A DNA stretch of 62,922 nucleotides, filler included, from Conidiobolus incongruus B7586 (GCA_000697335.1; 8 parts of 8 records of this genome joined end to end with filler, not necessarily neighbours in it), one strand, 5' to 3'; numbered from the whole stretch's first letter, positions 26,336 to 42,254 are shown. The notes: a model not told the origin generated them from the letters alone. Numbers and translations: made by a program.

Positions 26336-28615
26336 TATTATTGGATAAAGAAAAAATAATTTAATGACAAAAATAATAAAAGAACTTGTTTATTTAATAA
26401 TGATTAATTGAGTAAGGTGTGTTATTACAAGTTGTTATTGTAATTATTCGAATCAATAAATCAATTTATAGTAAAATATAAGATAAATGAGACGGTTTTA
26501 TTTATATTCCTATTTCTATAATTAAAACATTTAGGTTTGGTTTTAGAGTCAATTGGTATCATAATTTTTATCTATTCCTCTTTCCAATTAAAGTAATAAT
26601 CTATATTTTGTTAAACTAATCAAATATGATAGAACAGTATATCTTAGTTGGTATATGAAAAAAAGTAATTATAAATCATTGTTATATATCCAATATACAT
26701 ATTTTTGAATAAATCTTATTGTTATATAACAATAGTCTATTATAATCAGTAAAGTAAATATATAATATTTTTACATATTTCTCAATCTGAGAAATTATTA
26801 TCCTCTTTTATACTATATTTAACATTTCAATTATTAAGAAAGTTTTCAAAAGACATTAATATCTTTTAAATACTGATTAATTCATATACAAATTTAACAA
26901 AAACCATTAATTGGTTGCATTCCTGTAAACTTGCAATTTATCCAATATATATACTTGGTGATTTTTTACTTTAATTATTATTATATGTTCACTATATTGT
27001 AAATCATTCTCATTTGAATATATTAACGGAAATTAATTTTTTTAAACATAATATAAAAATAACATTTTATTAATAAAACTGTTAGTAGATTCGAGGTATT
27101 TTTTGTTATTAAATAAAATTTGTTCTTTTGTATTGCCTTAATGGCTTACTTTCATAGTTGGAATGATATCAAAATTATCAATCAAAGCTTACCAAATCTC
27201 AGTTGTTATTAAGATATTAATAAATTAATAAATTAATATTATAATATTTTCACAATCGGTATTATATTTTGATATTAGATAAAACATTTAATCTATTGTG
27301 ATAAATTATGTAAGAAATTCATAAACAATAATAGCCAATATGATAATTAATTTCGTTATATTCTGATATATAAATATATTTAACAGTATAATGTGTTTAG
27401 CTATATTAATATTATATAAAATATTGACATCTCACTTTATTTCATTAAAAAATTGAATAATATTAACGTATTTTATTTGATAAAAAATACATAACCAATT
27501 TAATTAGTTAGATCTTGCCTCAATTTACCTTAATTTATTACATTATCTTTTCAGCATATATTTATCATTCTTTGATTAAATAATATTTTTTATTTTGCTA
27601 ATAAAATTATCTATGTTGTTAGTTGACTAATAATTAAAGAGTTGTTCAGTGTTAATAACAAGTTATTGTAGACTTTTTTTACAAAAATGTTCAATTCCTT
27701 GACAGTTAATGCTATATTATAACCATAGTTAATATTCAGTACCTTATTATCAAAATAAACCAAATATTTTTGTTGGAATATTTAAAATTAAAAATTATAT
27801 CATGAAACTGTATTAGATATAGTTTTATCAAGAAAATTTTACCTCATTGAATAATTAATTAATATCTATTGTCAATAAATAATGAATTGTATCAATAGTA
27901 AAAAATACTCCAATTTTGGATTGAAATTTTGTTAAATGTTTGAAATAATATATTATTTATATTAATCAGTATTATATGATATAATAGTGATATCTTTTTC
28001 TTATATATACTGACAATTGTATTACTATTGAATTAATATATATATAATGAATATTATTGTTAAATATCTGTCATATATTTAATATTTTAGTAATAAAATT
28101 ATATATAATTATTATATTATAACAATTCAAATTAATTAGAAAAAAAAAATAAATAAAAAGGAAAATTTTATAATCGGAAAGTTTAATCATGCACATTTTG
28201 TTGTATTACATAAAACTATTGATAAATAAGTACTTGGATAAAATATAATGTGGCTGTATAAGAACATATAACAACAATGATATTAATGATGGTAAAAGAA
28301 AAAAATATAACACATTCTATTAAATAAATATAATAATAATATTATTATTTTTGAATTATCTGTGATCTTAATAATTTTAATCTTTTTATCACAATATTTT
28401 AATATTCTAATTGAAAAATAATTATGCAATAATTAATTTATTTAATAGCTAAAATTTATGACTATGTCAACTAAAATTCTGATCAAATGTTTGATTGGTG
28501 GATGAATCTATAATTGTCTATTTGATGCTTGATTGGTTGGTTCATAGATGATTAAACATATTTTCACTAAGCATTTAGACTGACGATAATCTTTATCTTT
28601 TACTATTCATCCAAA

Positions 28616-29190
28616 ATGGTGAGTTAATCTAAAAATTAAAACAAATATCCATCAATCTTACCTATTTGTTATTAATATTTTATACAGGCTGATCAACTAA
28701 CTGAAGAACAAGTTACTGAATTTAAAGAAGCTTTCTCCTTATTCGATAAAGATGGAGATGGTATGATTACTGCTAAAGAATTAGGAACTGTTATGCGTTC
28801 ATTAGGTCAAAATCCTACTGAAGCTGAACTTCATGACATGATAAACGATGTCGATACTGATGGTAGTGGTACTGTTGACTTCCCTGAGTTTTTAACTCTT
28901 ATGGCTCGTAATATGAAGAATGCCGACTCAGAAGAAGAAATTCGCGAAGCTTTTAAAGTATTCGATAAAGACGGCAACGGTTATATCAGTGCTGCTGAAT
29001 TAAGACATGTAATGACCAACTTGGGTGAAAAGCTTACTGATGAAGAGGCCGATGAAATGATTAGAGAAGCTGATGTTGATGGAGATGGTCAAATTAACTA
29101 TGACGAATTCGTTAAGATGATGGTAATTTGTTTTTTATTCTCACTATTTCTCTTTCGATTTCTAATCTATAATTTTAGATGTCCAAATAA
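28616..29190 (+). CDS. CMD1: Calmodulin (divergent), exons 28616-28618, 28688-29122, 29179-29190
   Basis: [26 protein letters not shown]... with four intact EF-hands, ending VKMM|MSK*. The intron right after the ATG is typical of calmodulin genes. Confidence 0.93.
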
Positions 29191-32079
29191 ATCAACTCAA
29201 GGTGTATTCATTCAAATCTTCGTATATTTTACCAAGTAAACTTTAACTTTTCATTTCGAAAATTTGGTTCTTGCTTCACTGGGTTTGTTTAAAATTATCT
29301 AGGGCCCCTTTTTAATTTCTTTAATACATTCTTTATAAATTACTTCCCCTTAAGTCATTGAGTTTTAATTATTACATTTCTATCCCAATTTCTGTCTTAT
29401 TCAATGATCTCTTTATTGTATTATTGCTGTACTAAATCGTTTCATAAATATGCTTTGCACTATGGAATTTTATTTGTAATTAAAATACTCAATTTATTAT
29501 TTTATTGATCCATATTTTTAATTTTATTCAACAAATCATCTTATAAATATTGTTAATATCATTTTATTCGTCATATCTCAATTAATTATAAAAATTTTAA
29601 TTTCTTGAAGTGTGAATCTTTATAATTCTTTATTGGTCCAGGAATATCGACTTACAAAATATTTAAAGTTATTAGAATTGATGTTTTTATTATTCTCAAT
29701 ATTCATAATAATATATTAATCAAAATTCATTAGTCATATTTCAACTTTATAAATTTCTCAGAATTTGATTTTTTATTATATCTGATATATTTATAACTGA
29801 TAAATTTAAATTATAATATTATTGCCATTCTAATTAAAGTTTTAAAAATTTTTTTATAAGTATTGTTTGGTCATACTTTAATGTATATTTTTGTGTTTCT
29901 CAAGTTATATATTAAATTATCCTAATATTCGTTTCACTTTTCATTATACATTTCTAAAATATATTATCATTAACTTTGAATTTTTTCAAATAATAGTGAA
30001 TAATTTGAAGAATATAACAAATATGAATATGATATTATAATATGATTAACAATGAGAAATAAAATGATATTCAGATATAATTCCAAAATTGAAATATTCA
30101 ATTTAAGTATTCTTAAATATCAAATTGGATTTTATATAACTCATTAAATATTTTCAATATACTATGCATTTTGAAGCAATCTGTCAATGGATAAATTACT
30201 TCATCTCAATTGTCTCATTATATCTTATTCACTCTTTTTGATAAAATTAATTCCAATTATCAACTTCAAAATTATGACTTGTTCAATTCTTTGACCAGTG
30301 AGCTTATTAAATGGATAGTATCATATGCTTCATATATTATGTATTTCAATTTCCTTTGATAATTTTTTATTCAATCATATCATTTCCCTAATATTACAAA
30401 CCATTCATATTTAATATTTATTTTATTTACATAAGTGAATCATTTTAAAGAAATCAATATATAATTTAATTTTTATTTAAGAATTATGCAAATGAAATTT
30501 ATTATATAATCAAAATATCATTTTATATTTTCTTTAATAAAGAATTAATAATCAAAAGTTGAAAATAAAAGAAATGTAATGTTTAGAGTATTTGAAACGA
30601 TTAAACTAGCTTTTTGAGAAGAGTATATTTTCATTGTTTAAATTTGAGTAATTAATAGGAATATTATTTGTATCAAGTCCATAATTTTCGAATAAATATT
30701 TGAAATAATATCAAATTGATTACATATTAAGATATATGTAATTAATTGAAAAAACATATTTAGAGTTATTTAGTAGAATACACATTGATTTGATATCGAA
30801 ATAATATATAAGTTGAATCAGTTTTCTCCCTATTCTATACTTAAAATTATTATGAAAATGTTTATTTTATGTTATTAAACTTATACTAGCATTTGAAAAA
30901 TAATTAGTTCCATATTAATTTTCATTAGAATATATATTATGAAAAACCTTGAATTGTTAAAGTTGAATAGCTGATGGTAACTGAAAAAGAAATAAATATT
31001 ATATTGAAATTCACTGCATTAATTTTTTTATCTTATTTTATACAAATGACTTTTAAAATTAATAAAAAAATTAAAAATTTAAATATTATTTATTTCCTTA
31101 TAATAATTTATTTGAATATTAATTAAATTAAAAAGTTATTTTGTAATATTTTTATTTATTAAACTAAGTTCATTATATATATATATGTANNNNNNNNNNN
31201 NNNNNNNNNNNNNNNNNNNNNNNNNNNNNNNNNTTAATTAATTAANNNNNNNNNNNNNNNNNNNNNNNNNNNNNNNNNNNNNNNNNNNNCTTTTATATAT
31301 TTTATAGTTTTTTATATAATAAAAATATTATTTAATAGTTATATAAAAAATACAAATTTAATATTAATCAATTTATCTTAAAAAACTACAAAAACTCTAT
31401 ATCTTTAATATATTCCTAAAAACTATTTCATAATATCACTGGCAATATTTCAATTTTATTATTATTAGTATTAATAATTAACTAAATTTTTATTACTATT
31501 ATAGATAATTATTATCTATACTACCGAAGCTAAATTATAAATCAATTTTTGAAAAATTAAGTTTTACATAATAATACTTGGAAAACGCTAATATACTAGA
31601 TTTATAATATATTGATAATATATCTCATAACTTAAAATAAACCTTTATATTTGATTACTAACTAAATTATATAAATACCTCTTATATTTAAAAGTTATAT
31701 TTTAAGCAAAATATATAACATTATTAAATCAAAATATTATTTAATATAATTTAATTATTTTAAAAATTATCTATAATAACATTGATTTAAGAAATAAAAT
31801 TCATTATATACTATAATATAAAATTGGTTGTATAATAATTCATCCATTAATAAGATTAATAAAGGCCTAGAAAACTTTCCTTCAATTTTATTAAATATAT
31901 ACCTAGCTTTATATAATTACCTATTTATATAAGCTAATATAACTAAAGCACTAAAACTAACTTTTAAAATTAGGATTGGTATTTATTATAAAATATTAAC
32001 TATATTGATGATATTTCATATATACAATAGTTTTAGCCAATATTATAATTGGCTCTTAAAGCCTAAGCTTGATAATTAC

Positions 32080-32850
32080 TTATTTGGGCTTAATAATTTA
32101 CAAAATTTATCATATTAGTTAATATTTGGTTGTTAAAATTTATTGATAAAATAATTTTAATTTGAGTTTATATTCTGTTTTGTTTTTGAGTAAAAAATTA
32201 TATAAAGATAATAAAGATTTATTAATTTTAATAATTTATTATTAACTTCTCCAACTTTAGTTAAATTTTAATATATTTTGTTTAACTATAATTATTTTAC
32301 GTTTGTTCAAGGTTTTTTTTTTCAAATTTTAAGATATTTATTTCCTATTTTTATTAATTAATTTAAGTTTAAACTCTATATAATATGCTCATATATCTGA
32401 TATTAAATTACTTAGAATATCTTTTTAATTAAAATAGTATTTTTTTTATTTAATTTTTACTTTAATATTAAATTAATATTAATTTTTTTATGTAATTAAA
32501 TATTAAATAATATTTTTTTAAAATAATAAATCCAGCAATATAAAGTGGGTTTAAATATAACATTATCTTTATCAGCTGTTTGAAAATTTTAAATGGTTTT
32601 AAAAGGTTGATAACTATACTCTAATAATGTTAAAATCAAAATTTTTGATGATTATTAATTTATTTAAATATAATTAAATTAAATTTTAAATTTTTAAATA
32701 AAATATTATAATAAAGAAATAGTTATGAATGATATATATAATTTGAAAATATTAATTCTTCTTTATATTCTATATATATAATTAACTTTTCAAAACTAAT
32801 AATATGTTTGAAAAATCAGAAATTAAAATTTTTTTCCAAATTAAAAATTT
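32080..32850 (-). mobile_element. Degenerate mariner copy, 5' half
   Basis: Collinear with 20150-20860 (e.g. ccagcaatataaagtggg...cagctgtttgaaaatttt; atgtttgaaaaatcagaatt). Confidence 0.7.
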
Positions 32851-33093
32851 ATTATATTAGTCTAAAATATATTATTTAAAAACATAAAAATTAACATTGT
32901 TTTTATGGATTTCGTTTCAATCTTAAATCATTAACCTAATGTATTAATATCTCAATAAATAAATAAAAGACTATATTTTTCAAATTGATAGTATTAAATA
33001 TTAACCTTAGTATAATATATACGCACAGATATTACTCAAATGTTAAATTATTTCATTGATCTAAATTAAGATCCAATCTTTTCATTTCAATGA

Positions 33094-33426
33094 TGTTGTA
33101 GGTACTTAGAGAGTAACCTGCCCGACCAACTTCACCTTGCAATTTATTACATTATAGAGATATAGTCCAGGAATATCTACCAGTCCATTACAAGGTCTTA
33201 TTTTTCTGAAGGTCTAATACACTTTTTTGCACCATATACAGCTGGCAAATAGTTTATAAAAGAACTATTGTCGGGATAGGATTTTATCATCACCTACCGT
33301 CTTCTGTGAAGCCCACTGAACCCTTAACAAACCCTAATAAAACGCCTTGGCCCAAACTATAAAGCAAAATACAAGCAAGCCACTCTCCTCCCAATTACCT
33401 ACTTACTAGCAATCGGCAGAACCACA
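33094..33426 (+). mobile_element. Possible solo LTR
   Basis: GC-elevated non-coding island running TGT...ACCACA, with TATAAAA then AATAAA. Shares ACCGTCTTCYGTGA with the 17.7-kb island. No TSD found. Confidence 0.4.
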
Positions 33427-34917
33427 TTATTACGAATTCAAATATCTCAATAATACAAATAGCAATATTCTAATTTGTTTTCAAAATAGCTGTCTATTAA
33501 ATTTATTGAAATCCACTTAATACTAATATTTTGTTCATGTTTTTTACAATTACCTATCAAAGTATCACGGTATTAAAGATTAAAAGTAAACAACCTAATA
33601 AAGTATTGCAAGTTTTTAAATATGAAAAATATTAAATTTCAAATAAATAATTTATGAAAACATATCATTGAATCATTGATATATTAATTATACTATTTTA
33701 CATTATATTCTACTATTAGAAAAATTTAATAATATTTTAAATTTGAAAATAAATTTAATAAAATAAATATTATTTGATAAAAATTTCAATTTAAATTATA
33801 TATCAATTTTACAAAATTTTTAATATTTATTATTTAATATAATAATAGGTTAAAATTATTCAATGTTATTTCATCCATTATTAATCAATTAATAATAATT
33901 TATTATATTGATTCTTTACTTAACAAAAAATTTTTAATACCAAAAAGTAAAAATAATAATAATTTTATATTTTGTTAAAATAAGTCTGGATAGAACCAAA
34001 TTCAATGATTTAGGACTAATATATTATTTTTTAATTAAAATAGTAAAATAATAAAATTTTAAGTTATATACAATCCTTTTTATATTAAAATAAAAACAAT
34101 CAGTCTATATCTATGTATATTACAATTTATATAAAATTATTTCTTAACATTTGTTCATTCAATTTCTTGTATAAAAATGAACTTTATTGTACTTCTGATA
34201 CATACTTAATAGCCTAACAATATAAAATGACAATTAAATCCGATTAAATAATCATTTATACTGATAGATATGTTAATCAAAAAAGTTCAAAAAATTATGG
34301 GTAAATGAACATATATATGTAGAATATTAGATATATATATAATGATATATAGTTGGATCTAACACTATATTATATATTCCATTTTTCACTAAAGTTTTTC
34401 CTTAAATTATTTGATACATAATTAGTTTTGATTTAATTATTTATCAATTCAAAATTTTATATAATATTTATAAAGAATATTTCATAAGAATACTAATAAT
34501 TGTATTAATCATCATTTTATTAAATAATTTGATAATAGACGAACTAATTTTGTATCTTCTATATGATAAAATCTTAATATTCGAATGATGTAATGATCAA
34601 AAATGTGGTAAAGTTGTCCCCATAATCCACTTTGAAGATTTACAGGTGACTATTTTATAGGCAATTTGTGTGATATTCAAAATTAATTGATATGTTAAAA
34701 TTTATAATTTAAATAAATTTCGGAACAAAAATTAGGAGATAAAATAGTTGTAATAATTTGGTCCGTATAAACATTTTTTAAAATAATAGTGATTAAATGC
34801 AGAAAATATTGATATAATGAACGTAAAATAATATATAGAGAATATCAAATTATTGAAGTTTCCATTTGATGTATTGATAAATATTTTATAATTTATTTTT
34901 ATAATTTTTTCAACTTA

Positions 34918-34953
<36 letters not shown>

Positions 34954-35992
34954 GAAACAATTTTTTCAAAGTTTGAATTTTAAAATCAATATTATCGCAT
35001 TTTTACTGTTATTGAAAAAGAAAGCTACTCTAGCAAAATATAAATATCACTTGACAAAGTTATAATACAAAGCGTTGTTATTCATCTTGGATATTTATTA
35101 AAGAATAGTAATAGCTTATTCATGATGTACACTGGCCCTATTTTCTAACAGTCCTTTGTCTTTAATAAATCGGGTTATATTAATAATATTCGAAATATAT
35201 TGAATTAATTAGGGTAAACATGTGATAATGAAATCATTTTCATATTAATAAGTCCGCATGAAATCTATGACATTGAGGAGCTTATAAACTATACTGTATC
35301 AATGTAGAATCAAACCATTGTAAGTTATTTTTCTCTTATCTGACAAGATATTTTATCAAATTATTTTTAGGGAGCTAAATATATCAGGGTTCACAAATTT
35401 CGAACATGTTTTCTCCTTATTAATACTTTATAATATCCACTCAACAGAAATATAATCATATTTAAATAATTCTATGATGACCTTTAATAATCAAATTTAT
35501 TGTATATACTACTATAATAATATAATATTCATTATTCTACATATATAAGGTTGTGTACTGTCAAGTTTTCATGAACCTCACAATTTATGAAATATCAAAA
35601 TCAATTATATCCACAAGTATGAAACTTAAAGAATCGCAACAACTGCCCAAAAATTATCCTTATGTTTTTTAATTACCATATTCAAAAAAAATTTTTTTCC
35701 AGTTTATATAAAATTACTATATACTGAAAATGATTGGATGTTTATAGTAATCACACAATAAAATTTTATTAAATCAACCCATTGATTGGCTCATTGCCTC
35801 AATTAATTAATTTGCACAACCATGTTTAGAAACCTTGAAAGTAGGTATAAATTCACAATGCTAGTCATACTAGACCATCAAAAAATATTGAGAAAAATTG
35901 TAATTTTATTATCCATATAAATACATATTATATATATGATGATTTCTAGAGTTTTGTCTAAATCTAATCAATTACATATTAATTCGTTAATT

Positions 35993-36450
35993 ATGTCAGG
36001 CCCTACTTATACTTCTATTATTAAAAAAGTAAGTGAAATGATTATAAAAATATTATTTTGATTATTAATTTCTTTTTAGTTAACTACACAGTTGGAACCT
36101 AACACGCTAAATGTTATTAACGAATCTCATAAACATAGCCACCATGCCGCTATGAAGGGTAATACCAATCCCGAAACTCATTTCAAGTAATTTATTCTAT
36201 TAAACTGTTATTATATGATCCAAACTAAATCATAATTATAGGATAGAAATTGTCAGTGATAAATTTCAAAATATGGTAAAATATTATAAAACTATTAATA
36301 ATTATAACAAATGTACTAAATTATTATTTATAGAGTTTAGTTCAACGTCACAGAAAAATTTATGAAATTTTAGACGAAGAGTTAAAAGTTAAAGGTGTTC
36401 ACGCTTTAAGTTTATCTACCAAAACTTTAGCTGAAAGTTTACAAAAATAA
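35993..36450 (+). CDS. BOL1: BolA-like protein (4 small exons; absent from the ORF track)
   Basis: Spliced MSGPTYTSIIKK|LTTQLEPNTLNVINESHKHSHHAAMKGNTNPETHFK|IEIVSDKFQNM|SLVQRHRKIYEILDEELKVKGVHALSLSTKT. Confidence 0.92.
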
Positions 36451-36913
36451 GTTAAAAATACTATATAAATATATTACTGATTTTTTGCAAAATATTTATT
36501 TTTTAATTATTTTTTTTCTTTGAATCTAAATTTCGAAATACATAACATTAATCGTATGATCATTTATTCCTATTGCGCAGGATACTAACTCCCATTAATT
36601 AAATGATGTTATCCATTGGCGAAACTAATACCATTGACCTCAGATAAAGATCAATAAAGATGATCTTTCATACTATTCTAGAACATAAATCTACGATTTT
36701 TATAATTTTTTAAAATTTAATAAATGTTAAAAAAATATCGATGACATCATAAATTTTTATTGAGATTCATAATGTATGAAAATTTTTCAACTTTAAATCA
36801 ATTAATTAAATTAGTATAACCTTATCAGGCTGTTACTAAAAGATTCCATATTATTTTTATACAATAATAAAAAATAATTTATTTTAATACAAATCACACA
36901 ATTCTAATATTAT

Positions 36914-38956
36914 TTAAGCTGAAGCTAACCCGTAGACTTCGGGTTTGAGTAATTCTTTGGTAATACCTTGGATCACTTCAGTGGTCTTGATTTGGAGTTT
37001 CTTGAAGCGTTCCTCTACTTGACTGATATCTAAGGTGGGATCGACGGGAGCTGCCAATTCGGAATAGTATTTAATCTTGGGCTCGGTACCTGAAGTTCTG
37101 AGCGTCAATGTGATGTTGGATTCAGGTTGTCCTTGCTCCAGAGCACCTGATAATTCGAAAGTAATCATTTGGCTAGATGGAGAGACAGGTAAGATAGGCT
37201 TATTGTCAGGTTGGCTGGAATCGTAGCCAACGGTAAGATCTCTGATGCTGGTAACTTTGAAACTGTAAAGCTCTTGGGGATAGTTAAGTTTACCAGATTC
37301 AGAATATCTCATTTTATTGAAGATGGTGTTAATCAATTCGGGATCTCTGCAGATATAGTAGCTGTTCTCGTTGACGAATATACCATATTTGTGGTACAAG
37401 CTCATCAAATATTCATAAACGGTGGTTCCGCTTTGGTAAAGTTGGTTAGCGAGATTGACGAATGTGATCATAGCACTGATACCGTCTTTGTCGCGTACGA
37501 TATCTTCACACATGAAACCAATAGCTTCTTCGTAAGCGAAAATAGCCTTCATGTTGGGGTCTCTTTGTTCCCACTTCAAAGCTTGGTTGCCCATCCATTT
37601 GAAACCAGTCAAAGTAACTTCAAAGTCATAGCCTTCGACTTTACCAATGGCTTGGAGCATACCAGAAGAGACGGCACTAGCGAGCATACCAACCTTTTGG
37701 CTACCACCTTGATACTTTTGGAATGTCTTAAAACCAATCAAAGTACCCAATTGATTACCGTTGAATTGAATCCATTGTCCGTTAGGAAGACGTTCGGCAG
37801 CGGAGAAACGGTCAGCATCAGGGTCGTTGGCGAGGATAATTTGAGCTCCAATCTTGGTACCTTCTGCCATAGCTAAATCCAAAGCACCCTTTTCTTCAGG
37901 ATTAGGGAATTTAACGGTAGGGAAGTCCGGATTGTGTTCATATTGATCCTTAACAATCTCAAAAGGATTGAGGCCGCAGTCCTCAAAAGCCTTCTTGGCA
38001 TACTTACCACCAACACCATGGAGAGGAGTGTACAAGTATTTGGGCTGAACTTTTTCGGGATTAGCCTTAGGGAACAATTTGGAAACGCGATCAAAGTACT
38101 TTTCGACCATTTCATCATAAGGGTCAACGCAGAGATCGCTAGTGTTGCAGATTTCAAGATCCCAAGCCCAAGGTTCTTCATTTTGGCGGATTTGGTTGGC
38201 AATACCAGCATCAACGGGTTCGATGATTTGACAACCGTTGGACCAGTAAACCTTGTAGCCGTTGTCATCCTTGGGATTATGGGAAGCGGTAATCATAACA
38301 CCACAGACAGCATTAAGCTGAGTGATACCAAAAGGTACTAAGGGGGTATGGACCTTAGTTCTGTAGAGGTATACCTTGAAACCTTTTTTCAAAAATGGAG
38401 CGGCTGTCAATTTGGCAAATGTTTCAGAGTTGTGTCTGTGATCGTAACCAATAACAACACCTCTGGATAGGGCTTCTTCTCCATATTGTTCGAGAGCGTA
38501 GCAGCATAAACCCTGAAGAGTTTAATTAGAAACTATATATGTTTAAAATGAGATTTATACTTACTTGACTAGCTTGTAAAACGGTGAGGTTATTCATACG
38601 ACTAAAACCAGGTTCCATTTTAGCTCTTAAACCTAGTTGAATGAATTAAATTAAAATCCAATTTGAAAATTCAATATAGATCATAAATAAATTTAAATAT
38701 ATAAAAAAATATTTTGATTATAAACTTACCAGCTGTACCAAATTTGATAGGATTACTCAACAAAGCGTCAACTTCAGCCCAATTCTCTTGTTTGACAAGA
38801 TTATCGATGTAATTAACATTTTCTTGATCCTGATAAAATTTTCTAGATATTAATTTAGATGATTTGATCAAAATAAATTACCTTATCAAATTGACGATAT
38901 TTTTCTACCAAACTTATTAAGTTTTGAATATTATACTGTTGTTGATCTGAAGTCAT
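36914..38956 (-). CDS. PGM3: Phosphoglucomutase/phosphopentomutase (yeast Pgm3/Prm15, human PGM2 type)
   Basis: FGTAGLR, GYDHR, TASHNP catalytic loop, NDPDADR metal loop, YEEAIG and RTSGTEPKIK. Small 5' exons start at ATG 38956. Confidence 0.93.
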
Positions 38957-41167
38957 ATTTTTCAATATTTATACAGTGAATTTAATAATAATCAATTCTA
39001 TTTATATAAGATTAAGGTAAATTGAGTATTTATTGAAACTTGTCTAATTTATTGTGATTAATGATTAATGAGAGATAAAAAGGGTTTATATAATGTTTGG
39101 GGGAACGTCATTCCATTTAGCTTTGAAATTGGTTACATTTTGGATCTATCGATTTTCTCTAATCCACTCACAATGTTCAATCATATTTGAAATTTTATTA
39201 ATATCAAATTCAGCTAAAATTTAATCAATTGTATTTGAATATTATATTTAATATTGATTTATAGTTTGATTTATTAATAGAAATTAATTATTATAGTATA
39301 GTACTATTGAAAATAGTATTTGATTTAATATTTGATACTATGATATTTTTGAAAAGGTTCTATTTTAAGAATAGAAAGTGACACCTGACTATAACTTAGT
39401 GAAATTTTAAACAAGTGATTTCATTATCTGATAGTTCTTTTTGCCACAATTGTCGAAATACTGAAAATTTCAAAGTAATATAACAAAATCACTTTAAATC
39501 TTTGCCTTTTAATAATTGTAGTTGTGAATTATTGCAAGTAATAACATATGACATTTTATTAAGCTTTATTAATTCTGTAATAATTTGAATACCCAATATT
39601 TTTTGATAAAATTCTAATATTGTTAATATAATTTCACAGGAATTGAGTCAAATTAATTCCAAAAGTTTTTATATTATATTTTAATATAAATAGATGGAAC
39701 CCCTTTTGATGCAGGAGATGTATTATAATTATCAGATTGTTGGTTATTGATTATTGATAAATATCGGTACTCCAATCCTGTAGAATGGTATTTTTTTGAA
39801 AAGCCGCTTGAATATTGAAAATCTTATAAAAATTTTGATTACAAAATAATTTGTAACAAATATTATCGAATTTGTACTTTCTTAATTCAATATCCAATAT
39901 TCATTAATAAATTTGTCATTTAATGTTATATTGGTACATTTAAATCATGCTATTATTTAGATAATTTTATTCACATTCTTTTTCCATTAATTCGAATTCT
40001 ATATCCCAATCAATTTTCAAAGTCCTTGTTGTTTGAATTTGGATATATCCTTTTTGGAGATTCGTTGATTTTTTCACCAATTATCAAATTCTAAAAGTTT
40101 AGTACTAAATAGGAAACCTCTTCAAGTGGAACTTATCCAGAATATGTTTACAGCATTATATTTTATTTTTATTAATTTTTCGTAAAATTTAAATTATTTT
40201 CCAAGTATTTCACATAAAACATTTCGTCTTAATACATTTTTAAGATGCATTGATAGAGGATTTTAATATTATTTAATATGTATGAAATAGGCATAAATCG
40301 AGAGTAGTGCGTAATGAGGTGAATATATATATATATCTTCAAAGTCAAAAATATTAAACTTTGATTACTATGAATCTTTATTAGTAATTAATAATTAATA
40401 ATTAATAATTAATAATTTGAAAATTAATCATGATGCAGCTTGTTATATTTCACAGTTCAAATATTATGTAAATAATAGTATTTTTCAAGAATATTTATGG
40501 GGACTATTATATGCTATACCGTTTAAGATAAACCAAGTTATTCAATTATTGTTTTGTAAAGGAAACTTTGATGTTTACTCATATTTCAATATTAAGTGAT
40601 ATTAATAATTTTAATATTTGGATATCATCAAATACCCCTCAATATTATAACAATTCCTAATAATAAATAATCAAAATCTTGAATAAAAAAAAGTTAATGA
40701 TTAATTGAATCATTTTATTCAAATCAAAATTATGATAAACCTTAATTCACCAAAGTATTAATAAAGTTCACCATTATATTAAATAATTCAATCAAAAATA
40801 AATCTAGTTAACTATAAAAAACTATGAGACGTGTTCATTTATATAGTTAGCCAATTAAATGAAAAGTTCAACCTTATTAAATCATGACCAATCAAATTCA
40901 ATTCGCTTTAGGAGATTAAATCAACATATAAAAGTCAAAGTTTTGAATAGAAAATAAAAAAATGTTAAACGAAATAATTTCAGCTTTAAAATACCAATAT
41001 ATTCGATAATATTAAATAATTATTAAATATATAAACCTTAAAATAAAATTTTTAACAGATATTTAATTTAACGCCAATATTATAGTAAGTTATTAATATT
41101 CAATATTGATGAAATTTAAAAGTAATTTATATTGAATTATAGTAATTTGAATTAAATTATAATTACT

Positions 41168-42254
41168 ATGTCAGAAAGCAGAGCTGAATTATTAAATTGG
41201 TTAAATACCTTATTAGAAGAAGATATATTAAAAATTGAACAATGCGGAACTGGTATATCAAATTATTATTCATTAGTTATACTGATTGATAAATATTAAT
41301 TTATTAGGAGCCGCTTATCTACAAATTTTAGATTCAATTTATGGTAATTTATTATATCAAATATTATTAATATAAATATATTCACTTTAGTTTTTCAGGT
41401 GATGTCCCTTTGTACAAAGTTAAATTTTATCCAACTCAAGAATATGAATATATTCAAAATTTTAAAATTTTACAACAGTGTTTTAATAAAAGGGGGATAG
41501 ATAAAGTATTTAGTAGAAAATATGTTATTATACTATATATATAATTAATATTTGATGTATAGGAAATCAACGTTCCTAAATTGGTTAAGAAGAGATTTCA
41601 AGATAATTTCGAATTTTTAACTTGGATGAAGAGGTTTTGGGAATTAACTACTTCCGGTCAACATTATCCAGCTGCCGAAAAGAGAAGAATGGCCCAAGCT
41701 GAAGCTGTGAGAAGTGGGATGCGCTCACCCAGTTCCGGAATGTCCACACCTACATCTGGGACTCGTGGCTTGAGATCTCCATCTGTCAATAATCGTCCTC
41801 CTCTGCAGCACTTGAGATCCATGTCCAGTGATCAAATGGCTGAAGCTTCACCACTCCTGCAAAGGGCGCACTATAGTGTAACTGAACTTATGAAGAATAT
41901 TGCTCGCGTGGAGAGTGAACGCGACTTCTACCTGGATAAATTAAGAGAAATTGAAAAACTTTATCTTGAGCTTTACCCACCACCATCTCATCAAAGTGAT
42001 GTTGCCGAATTACTAAAAAGGATCCAATCTATTATTTATTCAACTCATGTAATCTCATCAAGTAATACAATTATCAATTTTTCACTAACTTTTATATTTA
42101 GAATGGTGTAACTGATTCCATTAAATATGTTCACCCAGCTTCTCCGTCCCCAAGACATGGTCACAGTGGATCTGACGTTTTACCATCTCTCTTGGGTACT
42201 TTAAACTGTCATGAACCCGTCCAAGAAGAAGTGAATGAAGATGAAGTCTTTTAA
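41168..42254 (+). CDS. BIM1: EB1/Bim1/Mal3 microtubule plus-end binding protein
   Basis: MSESRAELLNWLN...IEQCGTG CH domain, FQDNFEFLTW, EB-homology ERDFYLDKLREIE, and a C-terminal EDEVF* (EEY/F-type tail). Confidence 0.92.

Noticed and set aside
31290..32080. Possible further transposase relics (also 55140-56700)
   Set aside because: Composition looks like a mutated repeat, but no motif could be read with confidence.
37211..38341. Antisense ORFs of 221 and 135 aa
   Set aside because: Shadows of the codon-biased phosphoglucomutase gene.
39350..40180. Possible decayed gene on the minus strand
   Set aside because: Only short open stretches and no recognisable motif.
40385..40416. (TAATTAA)n and (AT)n microsatellites (also 34921-34950)
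   Set aside because: Expected low-complexity sequence in such an AT-rich genome; not a CRISPR or telomeric array.
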